From: Alloascoidea hylecoeti
Taxonomy: Eukaryota
Assembly: GCA_001600815.1 (NCBI GenBank)
Contig: BCKZ01000015.1
Span: 496,001 to 560,000 of the forward strand
Direction of reading: 5' to 3'
Length of the DNA: 64,000 nucleotides
Each line of letters opens with the position of its first letter. The stretch's first letter is position 1. Made by a program: the position numbers and the translations under genes. Shown here piece by piece: positions 8,994-22,294 of this stretch. Under the pieces are notes generated by a model. That model was not told the origin of the DNA, searched no databases, and saw nothing but the letters and a program-made list of their open reading frames with translations.

Positions 8994-11900
8994 ATGCTTA
9001 GAACCGCAACACATAGCCATCACCATTTTAACGTCTCATCTCCTTTATCCTTCACTTTCACACACAGTATACCACATCTTCCTTTGGATGTACATTTGAT
9101 TAAGCTAGTTCCTTTTTCAAAGGGATTTATATGTGGGTTCTCGGACAATAGTGTGGCAATCTTTAAATGGAGAAAAGGTGGCAGAACAACAAATGAATTT
9201 GATCTAATAACTATAATTACCACCGGGAATATTGAAGGTTGTTCAGCTGACTGCGGAAGTATTAAGTTTTCGGGGCCTGGTAATGGTGATATGAGATCAA
9301 ATGGCGAAAGAAAGAATTATTACATTAATCATAAGCAAGTTGCGGACATCTCTGTTGTACTATTGAGATCATTTGTACAACAAGAAACTTGTGAATATAT
9401 GTTGATAGCATTGTCTTCTGGTCTCATATTAAAATACCTTTTACCAAATGGAAGATTAATAAGTAAACTTATGGTTCCATTTCAGACAACCGGAATAATT
9501 CCAATTAATAACTTTTATTTTCTTGTGTTTGGAAAAAGTTGCCGTATATCTCTGTTAGATATGCATGATTTCTTGATATTAGATGAATGTTACTGGAATG
9601 GATTAAACAATTGGGTTATCCCTACGGTTTTGGGTACGAGTAAATTATTATTTATTGGGAACACTGGAGATACAAAGACATGGGAAATACAACATTTTAA
9701 AGGTAGTAAATCTACAAAACTAGTTCAGAGTAAAATACGACCCGGTGATGACGGAATAGAGGAACTTAAAGTAGGAGATCCAACCTTTGGTGATATTAAA
9801 GCAGCTAGTCAACTAAATAGCACAACTTGGGCTATAATACAAGATAGAGGTTGGAGTCTATATAAAATGGAAGATGATGTGTTGGTAAACTTCATCTCCG
9901 CTGAATTAGGGGAAGGTCATTTTAGTCAATTAATTGTACCGATGTATAATAAAGGGAATGAAATAAGACTAAGAGATACAACAGATGTTATAGAAAGTAT
10001 TACTTCCGCGTTGACTAAAAATATAAATGATGATATAGAATATCAATTTCCTATAAATTCTAGACACATTCGACGAGAATCAAAAGACACTGCAACTAAA
10101 GAGACAAATGAAGTGATCGAGTTTGGAATTGTTAGCAATAATGGATTATTAACATGGATAAGCGATGGGACTGTTCAGCAATTAGATTGTACTATTCCTG
10201 ATGAAGATTTAATAAAAGTTTGTTTCGATAAACAAAGATCTCAATTGATTGCAATTTATAGAAAGACGTGTGATAAAGAATATGAATTACGGATTTTGGA
10301 TACCAATCATCGGCCTTTAAAATGGAGTGGTCTAAACTCTACAAAAGAATCTCAATTGGCTTTACTACCCAATTCAAATCAAAATTTGGAAAAACTAGCT
10401 ATTTACAGTAAACAAGGGAAAATTATCTGTGGTATAGGCCCTTATATATATCTATTAGAGCCATGGCATTATCTACTGTCAAACGATTGGTCGCGATATT
10501 CCCACCTAATAATTCCTAACAATATGAATGTTTCATTTTTAAAAATTTACGAGTTGACTGATGAGATAAATGTGTTATTGTGTGGAACAACAAGCGGTTA
10601 TTTATTGGTTTATGATCCTGAATCAAAATCTCTTATATATCAAGTACAATTATTAGCATCGCCAATTATTGGTATCCGGACTTCAAGCATTCTCTCACAA
10701 CTTCGTTCTTTATGTGTATTGGTCATATCGCAAGATAATACATGTGCTGTTGTTGATTTGGCACATTGTGAATTAATGCTAACGATACCAGGACATTCTT
10801 CTCCATTAATTAATATTTCCGAATCCATAGGGAGCTCTTATATTGAGTTTGAATATGAAGATGGAACAACTACAATTTGGGATATGGCTACAAGCCAATA
10901 TTGTGAAAATCTTTCTAAATTACCAAATTTTAAGAAAAAATGTCTTGATTGTATACCAACATCTTCTAATATTTTATCTGTTGGCCCACAGAGTTTATGG
11001 AGTTCTGACATTCTCATTTTAAATCTTGAAAATATTTCTACAGATTGGTTAAAACAAGGGGATACCTTACAACATTTCAAGTTACTGGTGTGTTTTCTGG
11101 TCTTCTTTTTACGCTGTGTGTTGCATGTAGAGGATGATAAATCTAATATTGAGAGACAATTGTTACGGTTTTTGGGTCTTAATATGCATGCTACTTCCGA
11201 TGAGAAGGTTCCTTTAGCTACTACACTAGGGTTATTAACACAAGACGACGAAATGTATAGTTTATCTGTTCATGATATAATGCAAACTAGAACTGGTTCA
11301 AATTCGATTGAGTTAACCAATAATTTGTTTTTATCATTGTTCTCAATGGGAAGTACAGTGATTATTGAGCTAATCAGAAGAATTAACTTATCAGATCATG
11401 AAGTATTCTCTCAGATTAACTGGGATTTGTTACCCATGTTTAAGACATCTAAAGATATAGCTCATGAAAAATATGATGAGTTCCTGGAAACCTATTATTT
11501 CTCAAAGTTTCTTAAAAATTACATTGCCGCAGAATTTGCAAATCTATGGAGTATATCGAATTCATATCTTATTAAAAGTTCAATTTCTAAATGTTTAAAG
11601 GCAATTGTAATTGGTGACGGGGAAAAATCGAGAAATGTAATAAATGTTTGGAAACCGCTATTACCTTCAAATGAAATATTAAACAACTCGCATTTTGGAA
11701 TAATATCAGATTCAATTTTATCTCTTGTGGTTTTATCACTGTTAATAATTTCCGATAATCGACAGAGTCATACCATGAGCCTTATTGATCCAGTATGTAA
11801 AGCTTTAGAGAAATGTTTAAAAAGTGCGAATTCTACTCTAAACAAAGTTTCTCTTGATTTAGTAGTTTATGGCTGGGACAAATGGATAACTTGGATTTCT

Positions 11901-12983
11901 CCATCAGATTTAATAACAATTATAATAGATTCAATCTATGTTTCTGTTCCTAATTCATTTGCAGACGTTATAAATCCTCTTATAAAAGAGGATTATTTTA
12001 TTGCATTATCTGAAATTGCTAGTAAAAATGAAACACTAGTAGTTGAAGCTTTGTCATCTAGAATTGCTGCTACAGATCTTTCACTTGAAGTTAAACGAAA
12101 TATGCTAAGCATTTTGATAAGGTTATTAGCAACTAGTAATGAAGATAACAATGGGTTAATTAAGTGTTATCACTTACCGCTTCTGATAAATTCTGTGTTC
12201 CAATTATTTGAAAAAACGGGGACCGGTATTATTGACCCAGATAGAAGGGTCAATGTTGATGTTACAGAGTTTTTATCAGGAATTACTGTTAGATTTCCTA
12301 GTTTTGTTACCTTCCATAAATTACAACAACGTCTATTTGTTTCAATCACTCTACCCCCGGAAAGTGCTACGATAATTAATACTCATGGACACGGAGAAGC
12401 ATCTAATGAAGCCCCACATCCAGCTAAAAATAAAGCTCCCAAAAATTATAGGATTCCGGTTACAAATGACGAGGGGACAGTAGGTCTAGGTATTATCTAT
12501 GATCTAAGAACAGGAACAGAGATTGGACATTTAGAATCTCTAAAAAGTGATATAAAATCAAAAATTGCTTTATCACCATTATTCTCGCCGAATGGAAAAT
12601 ACTTGGCTGCCATAGATACTGGTAACTCTTCGATCTACGTTTGGAAGATTCGAGGTGGATTTTTATCAAAATGGAGAACAGGATATAACGCACCAGTTTC
12701 AACCAAACATTCATCTTATCAACGTGTTAATGGTCAATCAATTAATGGTCATACCAATCATCATTCGATGGATTCTACTTGTGTCGGTATTTATACACGA
12801 GATGTGTTTAATTATGGTTGGAGAAGCAGTAACTTAACACTCAAGGTTAGTATTTTTACTGTTATTTTAATTGAGATTTTTGGGATATATTTAACAATAT
12901 TAATTTAATTTTAGTGGAAAGCAGAGAATGTCATTGGAGTTAAAATCGAAAAGGGGGATGAAAAAGTATTCACTATCAATTAG
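8994..12983 (+). CDS. Large WD40-repeat protein, WDR7/WDR72 (rabconnectin-3 beta)-like; intron 12846-12914
   Basis: WD repeats (LTIPGHSSPL..TTTIWD), a helical middle region, and a C-terminal IYDLRTG...FSPNGKYLA..IYVWK. The last exon WKAENVIGVKIEKGDEKVFTIN* follows a GTTAGT..TTAAC..TAG intron. Confidence 0.65.
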
Positions 12984-13582
12984 TTAATCTGAACCGTTAT
13001 ATTGCTAGCGCTGTTTATAAATTATAAAAATTATGCATAGAGCCTATAAAGAACGATTATAGCAATAAAATAAGAGTTTCCAGTTTGCTAAAATATCCAC
13101 AAAAAGTCAATTGAAAGCGTCAATATAATCTGAATTACCCGAGGCCAGTAAACTCACATAATCACTTAATTTATCCTGCCTAGGTATAGCTAGCGTAGAA
13201 GAAGATCATTTGAAACCTGTTAATTTCACATGTATAATTAACAGAAAATCTCCAGGAAATTGAACAGTCTGGGCTTATCTTTTTTTTCCAATTTAGGAGC
13301 ACGCCACGATCATCACCCGGGGTCGATTTCCTAGATGACAGCACCTTGAAACGTGGAACATTAGATCCAACGGCCATAGTTTAGAGCTGTAGCATTAGTA
13401 TACGTAGTGGGTGGTGTTCACATTAATTGCAATTGATTACATTGTTTAATAGACTTTTAGTGGTGACGACATTTTAACTTCGGGTATATTATCTCAGCAA
13501 TCCTCTTTCTGTAAATATATATTCATCTATCTCCCTTAAACTTCCACTTCCAGTCTCAATTTCTTAAAATCAACATTATTAA

Positions 13583-16500
13583 ATGACCGGAGCACTTCTT
13601 TTGAAGCTGAAAGGCACAGGTGATCCAATTGCTGGTCCAGGGATTCTGGTGCTTCCTACGCCAGGAGATTCTCCATATCACCTTCGGCTCCTGATCCCCA
13701 GTGCTTCTCCTATCACCAACGATGGCAAAATCTGGACTAATGTGCCACCCTCAAATTCCATTCCCTTTTCAAGAAACAAATATCATAAACATATCATTGA
13801 AGGCTCCAATTATTCCGATGCAACTGTTGATATACTGATTGAAACTCCTGGTGCTTTTTGTTATTACGTCTCCTATAGATCCGTTGATAACCCATCGAAA
13901 ATCACTACCACCAGAAAGTTTCATTTTGTTGTTGCTCCAAGTTTACATATTAACGGTAAAGTTTTACCTCTCAATGCTTTATCGATGCAATCCCTGGTTT
14001 CTAAATGGATGGGCTCAATTGAAAAATGGGATGACCTTCTGCAATATGTTTCAAACAAAGGTTATAACATGGTCCACTTTACTCCTCTACAAAAACGGGG
14101 TCAATCAAACTCGCCTTACTCCATTTATGATCAATTGAAATTTGACCCAACTTTGTTCAATAATGAACATGAGGTCAAGAACTTGGTGAGAAAAATGGAA
14201 GAGAAATATAACCTATTGTCTCTAACTGATGTCGTTTGGAATCATACGGCAGATAATTCATCCTGGTTGGAAGAACATCCAGAATCAGGTTATTCAAAGT
14301 ATACTGCACCACATTTGCAGTCAGCGTTGGAGCTTGATGATGCTTTATTAGACTTTTCAAAACGATTAAAAAGTTATGGTTATCCAACAACCTTAAGATC
14401 AACCGAAGATCTACTACGTCTAATGGAAGGAGTGAAAATATATGTTCTAGGTGCACTAAAACTTTGGGAATACTATATTATTAATGTTGATTCTTCAACT
14501 GATGATGTTACTCAATGGTGGTCTGATAGTAAAAGAGGATCAGTATCTAATAACCAAGATCCTATCCCAATTCCAGATGATGTCAAAGATTCTTTACCTA
14601 GACTTGCCCAGTTTGTAGTTGATAATGCCGCTGTTGAAGAGTTTGGTTTAGGGCCCAGATTCAACAATAGGATTGATCCTGAAAGGTTTGGCCTAATCTT
14701 GAAAACGTTAAAAGGACAAGGTGCAAGTATCGAGGAAATAAAAACAGAATCAATACGTATTATTAACGAGATAAATCTTCCATTGTACCGTGAATATGAT
14801 GAGGATGTTTCTGAAATCTTGGAGCAACTTTATAATCGTATTAAGTATTTGCGTTTAGATGGGCATGGCCCCCGAATTGGCGAAATTAATGAAACGTCGC
14901 CATTGATAGAAAGCTACTTTTCAAGAATCAAGACAACTTCTGGTGAAGTTATCGGTTTGGCAAATAACGGTTGGGTTTGGAATAGTAATCCTCTTATTGA
15001 TTTTGCTTCTTCTACATCAAAGGCGTATCTTAGACGTGAGGTGATTATCTGGGGAGATTGTGTTAAATTGAGATATGGATCTAAACCTGAGGATTCTCCT
15101 TATCTTTGGCAGAGAATGACAGACTACACCAAAAAGTGTGCTGAGATTTTCCATGGGTTCCGGATTGATAACTGTCACTCTACTCCCTTGCATGTCGGTG
15201 AATATTTATTGGATCAAGCCAGAACAGTTAGACCGAATCTTTATATTGTAGCCGAATTGTTTACTGGTTCGGAAGAATTAGACAAATTGTTTGTTGAAAG
15301 GCTTGCAATTTCATCGTTAATTAGAGAAGCCATGCAAGCCTGGTCTGTTGAAGAGCTATCTAGGCTGGTGCATCGTCATGGTGGTAGGCCAATTGGTTCT
15401 TTCAAGAGATTACCTTTAAATGCTATAGGTTACAAAGCTGGCACAAAATTGGAGGATGCAATATCTGATGTTAATAACTTCTCGGTATCAGAAATAGATC
15501 TACCAAATCTTTTAAGAGCATCCCCAGTTCATGCTTTATTCATGGATTGTACTCATGATAATGAAGTTCCTAACCAGAAAAGAACAGTGGAGGATACATT
15601 GCCAAATGCTGCCTTGGTTTCACTTTGTTCTTGTGCTGTTGGGTCAGTTTTTGGCTATGACGAATGCTATCCAAAATTATTAGATGTTGTTGGTGAAGCT
15701 CGCACTTACAGTAAAGGTTCTGGTATTGGAAAAATTAAGAAACTATTATATTCAATTCGTGAGCAAATCGCTGATAAAGCAGGTGCTGATATCGGTGAGG
15801 TTGAAGGAGAAATGCACGTTCATCATGAAGGCCAGTATATCACTATACATAGAGTCAATGAAAAAACCGGTAAAGGTTTCTTTTTGATCGCGAGAACAAA
15901 GTTTGCATCCGAGGGCGATCAACGATTAAACCCTACTTATCTAAGTGGTACACAGGTTAAGCATGAATTTTCATATACTTTGGAAAGACTAGGCGATGCT
16001 AAGGATTCCAAGACAAGTATCGAGCCTGTTCAAGTAAAGGTAAAAGAGTTAAAGGCACCGACAATACGTTTTGATGAAGAGAAGAATGAAACTATAATTG
16101 AAATTACAGATGATTTTCCACAAGGAAGTATTGCTGTTTTCTCAACAGTAGTTCCTTTGGCTGATGAAGATCTTGATAACTACGTAAGGACTGGCGCATT
16201 TGAAGCCGCCAAAAACTTAAATTTGATTGATTTAAATGCTGTTCTTTACAAGTGTGAATCAGAAGAAAGGGATGCAAGCGCTGGAACGGATGGTGTCTAT
16301 GACATTCCTAATTATGGTAAATTGGTATACTCTGGTATTCAAGGTTGGATTTCCCCTTTTAAAGATATAATAAGAGAAAACAACTTAGCGCACCCAATAT
16401 GTGAACACTTGCGCCAGGGAAAATGGGCATTAGATTATGTTAGTAATAGATTAATCAAATATCAAGATTCTAAAGGCATCCGGGAATTTAAAGAATGGTT

Positions 16501-18109
16501 AGAATCTCGTTTTTCCAGGGTTCACAAAGTTCCTTTCTTTTTAGTTCCAAGGTATTTCGCTCTCGTAATCGGTGCTGCTTATGAAGCTCTCAGATTCAAA
16601 GCTTTGTCATTAATGTCAGATTCTATAAAAAATGGTAATTCCTTCATTCAAGATTTGGCTATGACTTCTGTCCAAATGGTTGGAATGAATAGAAGTACTT
16701 CATTAAGGCCAACGACTCAAGTTCCTAGTTTGGCAGCTGGCTTACCACATTTCAGTTACGACTATATGAGATGTTGGGGTCGTGATATATTTATAGCTTT
16801 TCGTGGTTTATTATTAGCTACAGGAAGATATGACGAAGCTAAAGAACATATTTTAGCATTCGGCGCAACATTAAAACATGGCTTAATACCTAATCTATTA
16901 GATGCTGGTCGAAATCCAAGGTACAATGCTAGAGATGCTGTTTGGTTTTACCTCCAATCAATTCAAGAGTATGTTAATACTGTTCCCAATGGTATTTCAA
17001 TATTACAAGAGTCGGTTAAGAGAAGATTCCCATTGGATGATCATTATATTAAGTATGACGACCCAGAAGCATTTTCATATAGCTCTACTGTTGAAGAAAT
17101 TATATATGAGATTTTAGCAAGACACGCCAAAGGAATCAAATATCGTGAAGCTAATGCCGGCCAAACATTAGATTCTCAAATGAAAGATGAAGGATTTAAT
17201 GTAGAAGTAAAGGTTGATTGGTCCAATGGTCTTGTGTTTGGTGGATCACAATTTAATTGTGGCACTTGGATGGATAAGATGGGGGAGAGTGCAAAAGCAA
17301 ATAATAGAGGTGTTCCAGGAACTCCAAGAGATGGTGCTGCAATTGAAATCAATGGTTTACTGAAAAGTTCACTGAGATGGGTCACCAAGTTAAACAAAGA
17401 AAAATTGTTTAAGTTTAGTGAAGTCATAAATCAAGATGGGGAAACAATTACATTCCAAGAATGGGATAAGTTAGTGCTTAATAATTTTGAAAAGGCATTT
17501 TACATACCAGTTTCACCCGGGGATGATTCTAAGTATGACATTGATTCGAATATCGTGAATAGAAGAGGGATCTACAAAGACTTGTATAGATCTGGAAAAC
17601 CATATGAAGATTATCAATTGAGACCAAACTATTCGATTGCACTTGTTGTCGCACCTGAATTATTTGATCTTGATCATGCCCTTTCTGCTATTAATGCAGG
17701 CGATAAAATTCTCAGGGGTCCCGTTGGAATGAAAACTCTTGATCCATCCGATCTCAATTACAGACCATATTATATTAACTCAGATGATAATTATGATTTT
17801 GCAACATCTAAAGGTAGAAATTATCATCAAGGCCCTGAATGGGTTTGGTGTACTGGTTTTTTCTTGAGAGCGTTTGCCATTTATCATTCTAAAGCGGTTA
17901 ATTCAGATGTTTATCCAGTCGAAGTGATTCAACAACTATCACTTAAATTGCAAGGCCATAGGAAATGGATTGATGAAAGTCATTGGGCTGGACTGACAGA
18001 ACTAACGAATAAAGATGGTGAACTTTGTAATGACTCCTCTCCTACCCAAGCTTGGAGTTCGTCTTGTCTAATTGATTTGTTTCTTGACATTTGGTTACAA
18101 GAAAAATAA
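13583..18109 (+). CDS. GDB1: Glycogen debranching enzyme
   Basis: Motifs GFRIDNCHSTP, MDCTHDN, MRCWGRD, CGTWMDKMG and YHQGPEW in a 1508-aa ORF. Confidence 0.98.
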   Translation: MTGALLLKLKGTGDPIAGPGILVLPTPGDSPYHLRLLIPSASPITNDGKIWTNVPPSNSIPFSRNKYHKHIIEGSNYSDATVDILIETPGAFCYYVSYRSVDNPSKITTTRKFHFVVAPSLHINGKVLPLNALSMQSLVSKWMGSIEKWDDLLQYVSNKGYNMVHFTPLQKRGQSNSPYSIYDQLKFDPTLFNNEHEVKNLVRKMEEKYNLLSLTDVVWNHTADNSSWLEEHPESGYSKYTAPHLQSALELDDALLDFSKRLKSYGYPTTLRSTEDLLRLMEGVKIYVLGALKLWEYYIINVDSSTDDVTQWWSDSKRGSVSNNQDPIPIPDDVKDSLPRLAQFVVDNAAVEEFGLGPRFNNRIDPERFGLILKTLKGQGASIEEIKTESIRIINEINLPLYREYDEDVSEILEQLYNRIKYLRLDGHGPRIGEINETSPLIESYFSRIKTTSGEVIGLANNGWVWNSNPLIDFASSTSKAYLRREVIIWGDCVKLRYGSKPEDSPYLWQRMTDYTKKCAEIFHGFRIDNCHSTPLHVGEYLLDQARTVRPNLYIVAELFTGSEELDKLFVERLAISSLIREAMQAWSVEELSRLVHRHGGRPIGSFKRLPLNAIGYKAGTKLEDAISDVNNFSVSEIDLPNLLRASPVHALFMDCTHDNEVPNQKRTVEDTLPNAALVSLCSCAVGSVFGYDECYPKLLDVVGEARTYSKGSGIGKIKKLLYSIREQIADKAGADIGEVEGEMHVHHEGQYITIHRVNEKTGKGFFLIARTKFASEGDQRLNPTYLSGTQVKHEFSYTLERLGDAKDSKTSIEPVQVKVKELKAPTIRFDEEKNETIIEITDDFPQGSIAVFSTVVPLADEDLDNYVRTGAFEAAKNLNLIDLNAVLYKCESEERDASAGTDGVYDIPNYGKLVYSGIQGWISPFKDIIRENNLAHPICEHLRQGKWALDYVSNRLIKYQDSKGIREFKEWLESRFSRVHKVPFFLVPRYFALVIGAAYEALRFKALSLMSDSIKNGNSFIQDLAMTSVQMVGMNRSTSLRPTTQVPSLAAGLPHFSYDYMRCWGRDIFIAFRGLLLATGRYDEAKEHILAFGATLKHGLIPNLLDAGRNPRYNARDAVWFYLQSIQEYVNTVPNGISILQESVKRRFPLDDHYIKYDDPEAFSYSSTVEEIIYEILARHAKGIKYREANAGQTLDSQMKDEGFNVEVKVDWSNGLVFGGSQFNCGTWMDKMGESAKANNRGVPGTPRDGAAIEINGLLKSSLRWVTKLNKEKLFKFSEVINQDGETITFQEWDKLVLNNFEKAFYIPVSPGDDSKYDIDSNIVNRRGIYKDLYRSGKPYEDYQLRPNYSIALVVAPELFDLDHALSAINAGDKILRGPVGMKTLDPSDLNYRPYYINSDDNYDFATSKGRNYHQGPEWVWCTGFFLRAFAIYHSKAVNSDVYPVEVIQQLSLKLQGHRKWIDESHWAGLTELTNKDGELCNDSSPTQAWSSSCLIDLFLDIWLQEK

Positions 18110-18565
18110 ACTTATAAACATATACATATCGTGGAAATTTTTGAAAAAAATACTAATATATATATAAATAGTAGGAGAATAATAGCTAGTTTATCAATTT
18201 ATCTTTACTTGGTTGCTTAATTATTTTATTTTTAAATGCACGATTACAACAATAACTTTTTAATTGCACAGATATCCCCCCCCCATAAAAATTGCTATAT
18301 TTCTTCATGTTATCTCAGATTACCACTATTGCTAATATTATCGTGCTACGGAAGGCACAATAATCATAGTTTAGTAAATGTTATTTTAAAATGTAATTGA
18401 ATCTGTTAATGATTTTTTGCACAATTATAAATTAAGTTAAGTGTATATATAATTGAGTGTATTTGTGGACTAGTACCATTAAAGTTTTTGTCACAATCTC
18501 AAAATTAAAAAAATTCTGAAAGAAAATCTTGTTTCCAGTTCATCTTCAACCAATAAGGAACCAAA

Positions 18566-20857
18566 ATGACTAGGACCAATCCTAAAATCCTGCTTATTGA
18601 TTCCTATGATTCATACACATTCAACCTCGCCCATCTTATTTCAATTTCAACGTCCGCCCAAATCATCACAATTCACAATGACTCGTTACCACAGAAATCG
18701 CTCTCAAAATACCTTTCATTGTTTGATGCTATTGTTGTGGGCCCCGGACCCGGTACTCCAAAGAATCCCTTAGATGTTGGAATTATAAATGAGTTATGGA
18801 AGGTTGGTGGCGATGTTCCCGTTTTGGGTGTTTGTCTCGGGTTTCAAAGTATGGTTTTGAATCATGGTGGTGAGGTGAAAGAATTAGGCCAGCCAAAACA
18901 TGGTCTTGTATATGAGGTCCATCATAATGGTCAAGATATTTACCAAGGTATAATTGATGGTGTTAGATGTGTAAGATACCATTCTCTTTATGCTATAATT
19001 CCAGATAATTGTGATGATTTGGAACCGTTAGGCTGGACTTTTGATAATGATTCACAAAATGATTCAAGATTTATTTTAATGGCAGCAAAACATAAAAGCA
19101 AACCACTATGGGGAGTTCAGTATCATCCCGAATCAATATGCTCAGAAGACGGTGATCTTTTAATGAAAAACTTCTGGAGGATGGCGCAAGAATGGAATAT
19201 AAAGACTTCTCGGATTTTAGAAGAAAGTGATCTAATACTAACAGATTTAACCTCTAATTATGCAATTAGACCCACTCATTTGTTACAGTTGCAAGATTCC
19301 AAGAAATGTGTGTCAAATTTTCACCATCAAGTATTACAATTAGGAGATAAGAAAGTTTCTAATTCTCCAGTGGTAGCTATCTGTGACAATTTACGAAAGC
19401 GAGATATAGATTTTGTATTGTTGAATTCCGCTGCAAGTCCCAGTCGATGGTCTATTATAGGATGCCCCAACCGCGGGAAATCTTTAGTGTTTCAACACTC
19501 TACTCTGACACCAAATAAACTTCGCACTTTCCCTTGGACATCGCCTTGTTCATTAGAGGATATCACTCAAGATGTTGTTTATACGACCCATGAACTAAGT
19601 TCAAATGGTGGGGTTTGGGAATTTATTGCTTCGCATATGAGGCCTTTCATTGAAAATTACCAAACTATCTCTCATAAATACCAATATCCTTTCATCGGTG
19701 GTTTAATTGGATATATTTCGTATGAAGAGGGTCAAAAGTATGCACAATCACCGTTGTTAAAACAGAGAGTTTCCTCCGATAAATTCATGCCAGATACAAA
19801 TTTGGTTTTCATCACACGTACTATCCTATATGATTCACAACTAAATCAGTTGATATTAATATCTTTAGAGCAGGATGATGAGGCTTGGGTTTTAAAAACT
19901 TCAAATTTATTAACAGAGCTTTCGAAAAACAATTTTGCTGGAAACGAAGCCTATTCGGTTCCATCATCCATTTCTCATTCTATTCAAGAATCAAAAAGAA
20001 ATCAAATTAAATTTAATTTACCTGATAAACAACAATATATATCACAAATAAAACAAGCAAAAGAATATCTTCATCATGGTGAATCATATGAATTATGCTT
20101 AACAACTCAAGCAACGATCTCATTTCCAACAAAAATAGATCCATGGATTTTATATAAAATTCTTCGGGATCGAAATCCAGCTCCATATTCTACTTTTTTA
20201 CCACTACCAAATGCATCATTAGTAGGTAGTTCACCCGAAAGGTTTTTATCATGGGATAATAAGACGAAGAAGTGCGAGTTGCGACCAATAAAAGGCACTG
20301 TTAAGAACAGCAAAGAGATGACACTGGAAAAGGCTACTAAGCTACTTAATATTCCCAAGGAAATAGCCGAGAATCTAATGATTGTGGATTTAATTAGGCA
20401 TGATCTATATGAGCTATTATCCAATGTCAAGTGTGAAAAGCTGATGGTAGTTGAAGAATATGAAACTGTCTATCAGTTGGTATCAGTTATACAAGGTCTT
20501 CTAGATGACCAAGCAGGGTATAAGGGGATAGATGTTCTAGCACATAGTCTTCCCCCTGGTAGTATGACAGGAGCACCCAAGAGACGATCTGTTGAGATTC
20601 TCCATGAGTTAGAACAGTACAATAGAAGAGGAATATATTCCGGGGTATGTGGTTATTGGAGTGTGTCTGATGATGGTGACTGGAGTGTTGTCATTCGATC
20701 CAGTTTTTGTTATAATGATGAGAAAGAAAATAATTCAAGTGATGGTCAAATATGGAGGATCGGAGCTGGTGGAGCAATTACGGTGTTAAGTGATGAAGAA
20801 GCAGAATGGGATGAGATGATTACGAAACTTGAGTCTGCTCTAAAAGCTTTCATTTGA
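18566..20857 (+). CDS. ABZ1: Aminodeoxychorismate (PABA) synthase, PabA-PabB fusion
   Basis: LLIDSYDSYT, LGVCLGFQ and GVQYHPES (GATase), then SSPERF, ENLMIVDLIRHDL and PPGSMTGAPK. Confidence 0.97.
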   Translation: MTRTNPKILLIDSYDSYTFNLAHLISISTSAQIITIHNDSLPQKSLSKYLSLFDAIVVGPGPGTPKNPLDVGIINELWKVGGDVPVLGVCLGFQSMVLNHGGEVKELGQPKHGLVYEVHHNGQDIYQGIIDGVRCVRYHSLYAIIPDNCDDLEPLGWTFDNDSQNDSRFILMAAKHKSKPLWGVQYHPESICSEDGDLLMKNFWRMAQEWNIKTSRILEESDLILTDLTSNYAIRPTHLLQLQDSKKCVSNFHHQVLQLGDKKVSNSPVVAICDNLRKRDIDFVLLNSAASPSRWSIIGCPNRGKSLVFQHSTLTPNKLRTFPWTSPCSLEDITQDVVYTTHELSSNGGVWEFIASHMRPFIENYQTISHKYQYPFIGGLIGYISYEEGQKYAQSPLLKQRVSSDKFMPDTNLVFITRTILYDSQLNQLILISLEQDDEAWVLKTSNLLTELSKNNFAGNEAYSVPSSISHSIQESKRNQIKFNLPDKQQYISQIKQAKEYLHHGESYELCLTTQATISFPTKIDPWILYKILRDRNPAPYSTFLPLPNASLVGSSPERFLSWDNKTKKCELRPIKGTVKNSKEMTLEKATKLLNIPKEIAENLMIVDLIRHDLYELLSNVKCEKLMVVEEYETVYQLVSVIQGLLDDQAGYKGIDVLAHSLPPGSMTGAPKRRSVEILHELEQYNRRGIYSGVCGYWSVSDDGDWSVVIRSSFCYNDEKENNSSDGQIWRIGAGGAITVLSDEEAEWDEMITKLESALKAFI

Positions 20858-21378
20858 TATAGATTGTAAATAGAAAAAAACGATGCTTTTAGAATTCTTG
20901 CGCCGAAGCACAAGATTAAAAAATATAACCGGTTTTAGCTGTTTTCCCCTAATACTGTAAACGGTATCACAAATATAATACTGATACTTTATCGCCATGT
21001 CATGTGTGTGTGGAATTGTAAGTGTGAGAGAATACAAGCTGCATGTCGGAATACTGTTTTACAAACTTTCTGTAGTAATGTTGAAAGATAGTTACTGGTT
21101 GTTGCTCAGTGAAGCAAATAAATACACCCATATTTGTTGTAATATAAAACTGTTGTGGACTATATATTGAAAATATTAATTGAAAAACATTTTGATAATG
21201 TAATTTGTTTGATAACAATAGTTGCTTGCTGATTAAAAAAAAGATTTTAAAAGAACATAAATGAATTGACAAAAGACTGCAACAGTTGATGTATTATTTT
21301 CTTTGATTTTAATTGCTGGTTTATAATTTAAACCATTACAAACATTTTAACGACCTATTCATAAAAAAAGCGCTAAAT

Positions 21379-22294
21379 TTATCGATAATCACGATCTCTT
21401 TCTTCTCTCTCACGATACCTGTTACTTCCAGACTCAGCAGGAGGGTATCCTTCACGATCATCTCTAAATGATGGTCTTTCCTCTCTTTGTGGTCTTGGAG
21501 GACGTCTTTCATATCTGTCATTGCGATCACGATAATCTCTTGGTGGGTATCGTTCTCTATCCTCATATCGGTCGCCACCATATGAATTATAACCACCACG
21601 ATAAGATGGTCTGTCTTCATATCTTGGCTTACGATAATCCTCGTATCTACGATCTTCATAACGGGGACGTTCATAATATCTATCTCTAAAGTTAGGACGG
21701 AAAGGATATGGCTTTCTTGCTTTGGGGGGGCCAAAGTATCTCCCTGGAGTTGGAGTTCGAGGTCTCTTTCTTCTGGCCTTTTCAATAGTAAGAGTTCTGC
21801 CATCTATTTCAGTACCAGAAAGTTCGGCCTTGGCGGCTTCAGCATGAGCTGGGTCAACCATACTAACAAATCCAAAGCCCCTTGAATCTCTTGTATGAGG
21901 GTCTGTCATAATAGAAGTTTTATCAACAGGACCATACTTCTCAAAAATTTCTCGCAATCTCTGCTGGTCGATGGAACGGGCTAAACCAGTAACAAATAAG
22001 TTTGTTCCTGTGTCGTTGGCATCTTCAGACTCATCTCTTGGAGGTTCAATCTCACGGTCTCTATCACCAGAATCTCTTCTTCTATCATCTCTTCTGTCAT
22101 AACGACCCTCATCTCTGTCCCTATCGTAACGTGGACGACTGGTTTCTCGTTCGCCATCGGGTGACACGCTTTTGCGTTCGTACCTGTCTACACTCGGGGA
22201 GCGGCCAAGTTCAGCTATAACATTTGTTAATTAATGGCTTTATCAAAATTTATGAAGGTAACAGCAGCATACCAGAATCTTCTCTTTCAGCCAT
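21379..22294 (-). CDS. Single-RRM RNA-binding protein with RD/RE/RY-rich flanks (Tra2-like); intron 22215-22272
   Basis: RNP2 NLFVTGL, RNP1 RGFGFVSM and the Tra2-type tail KARRKRPRTPTPGRYFG. Exon 1 MAEREDS splices in frame. Confidence 0.85.
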
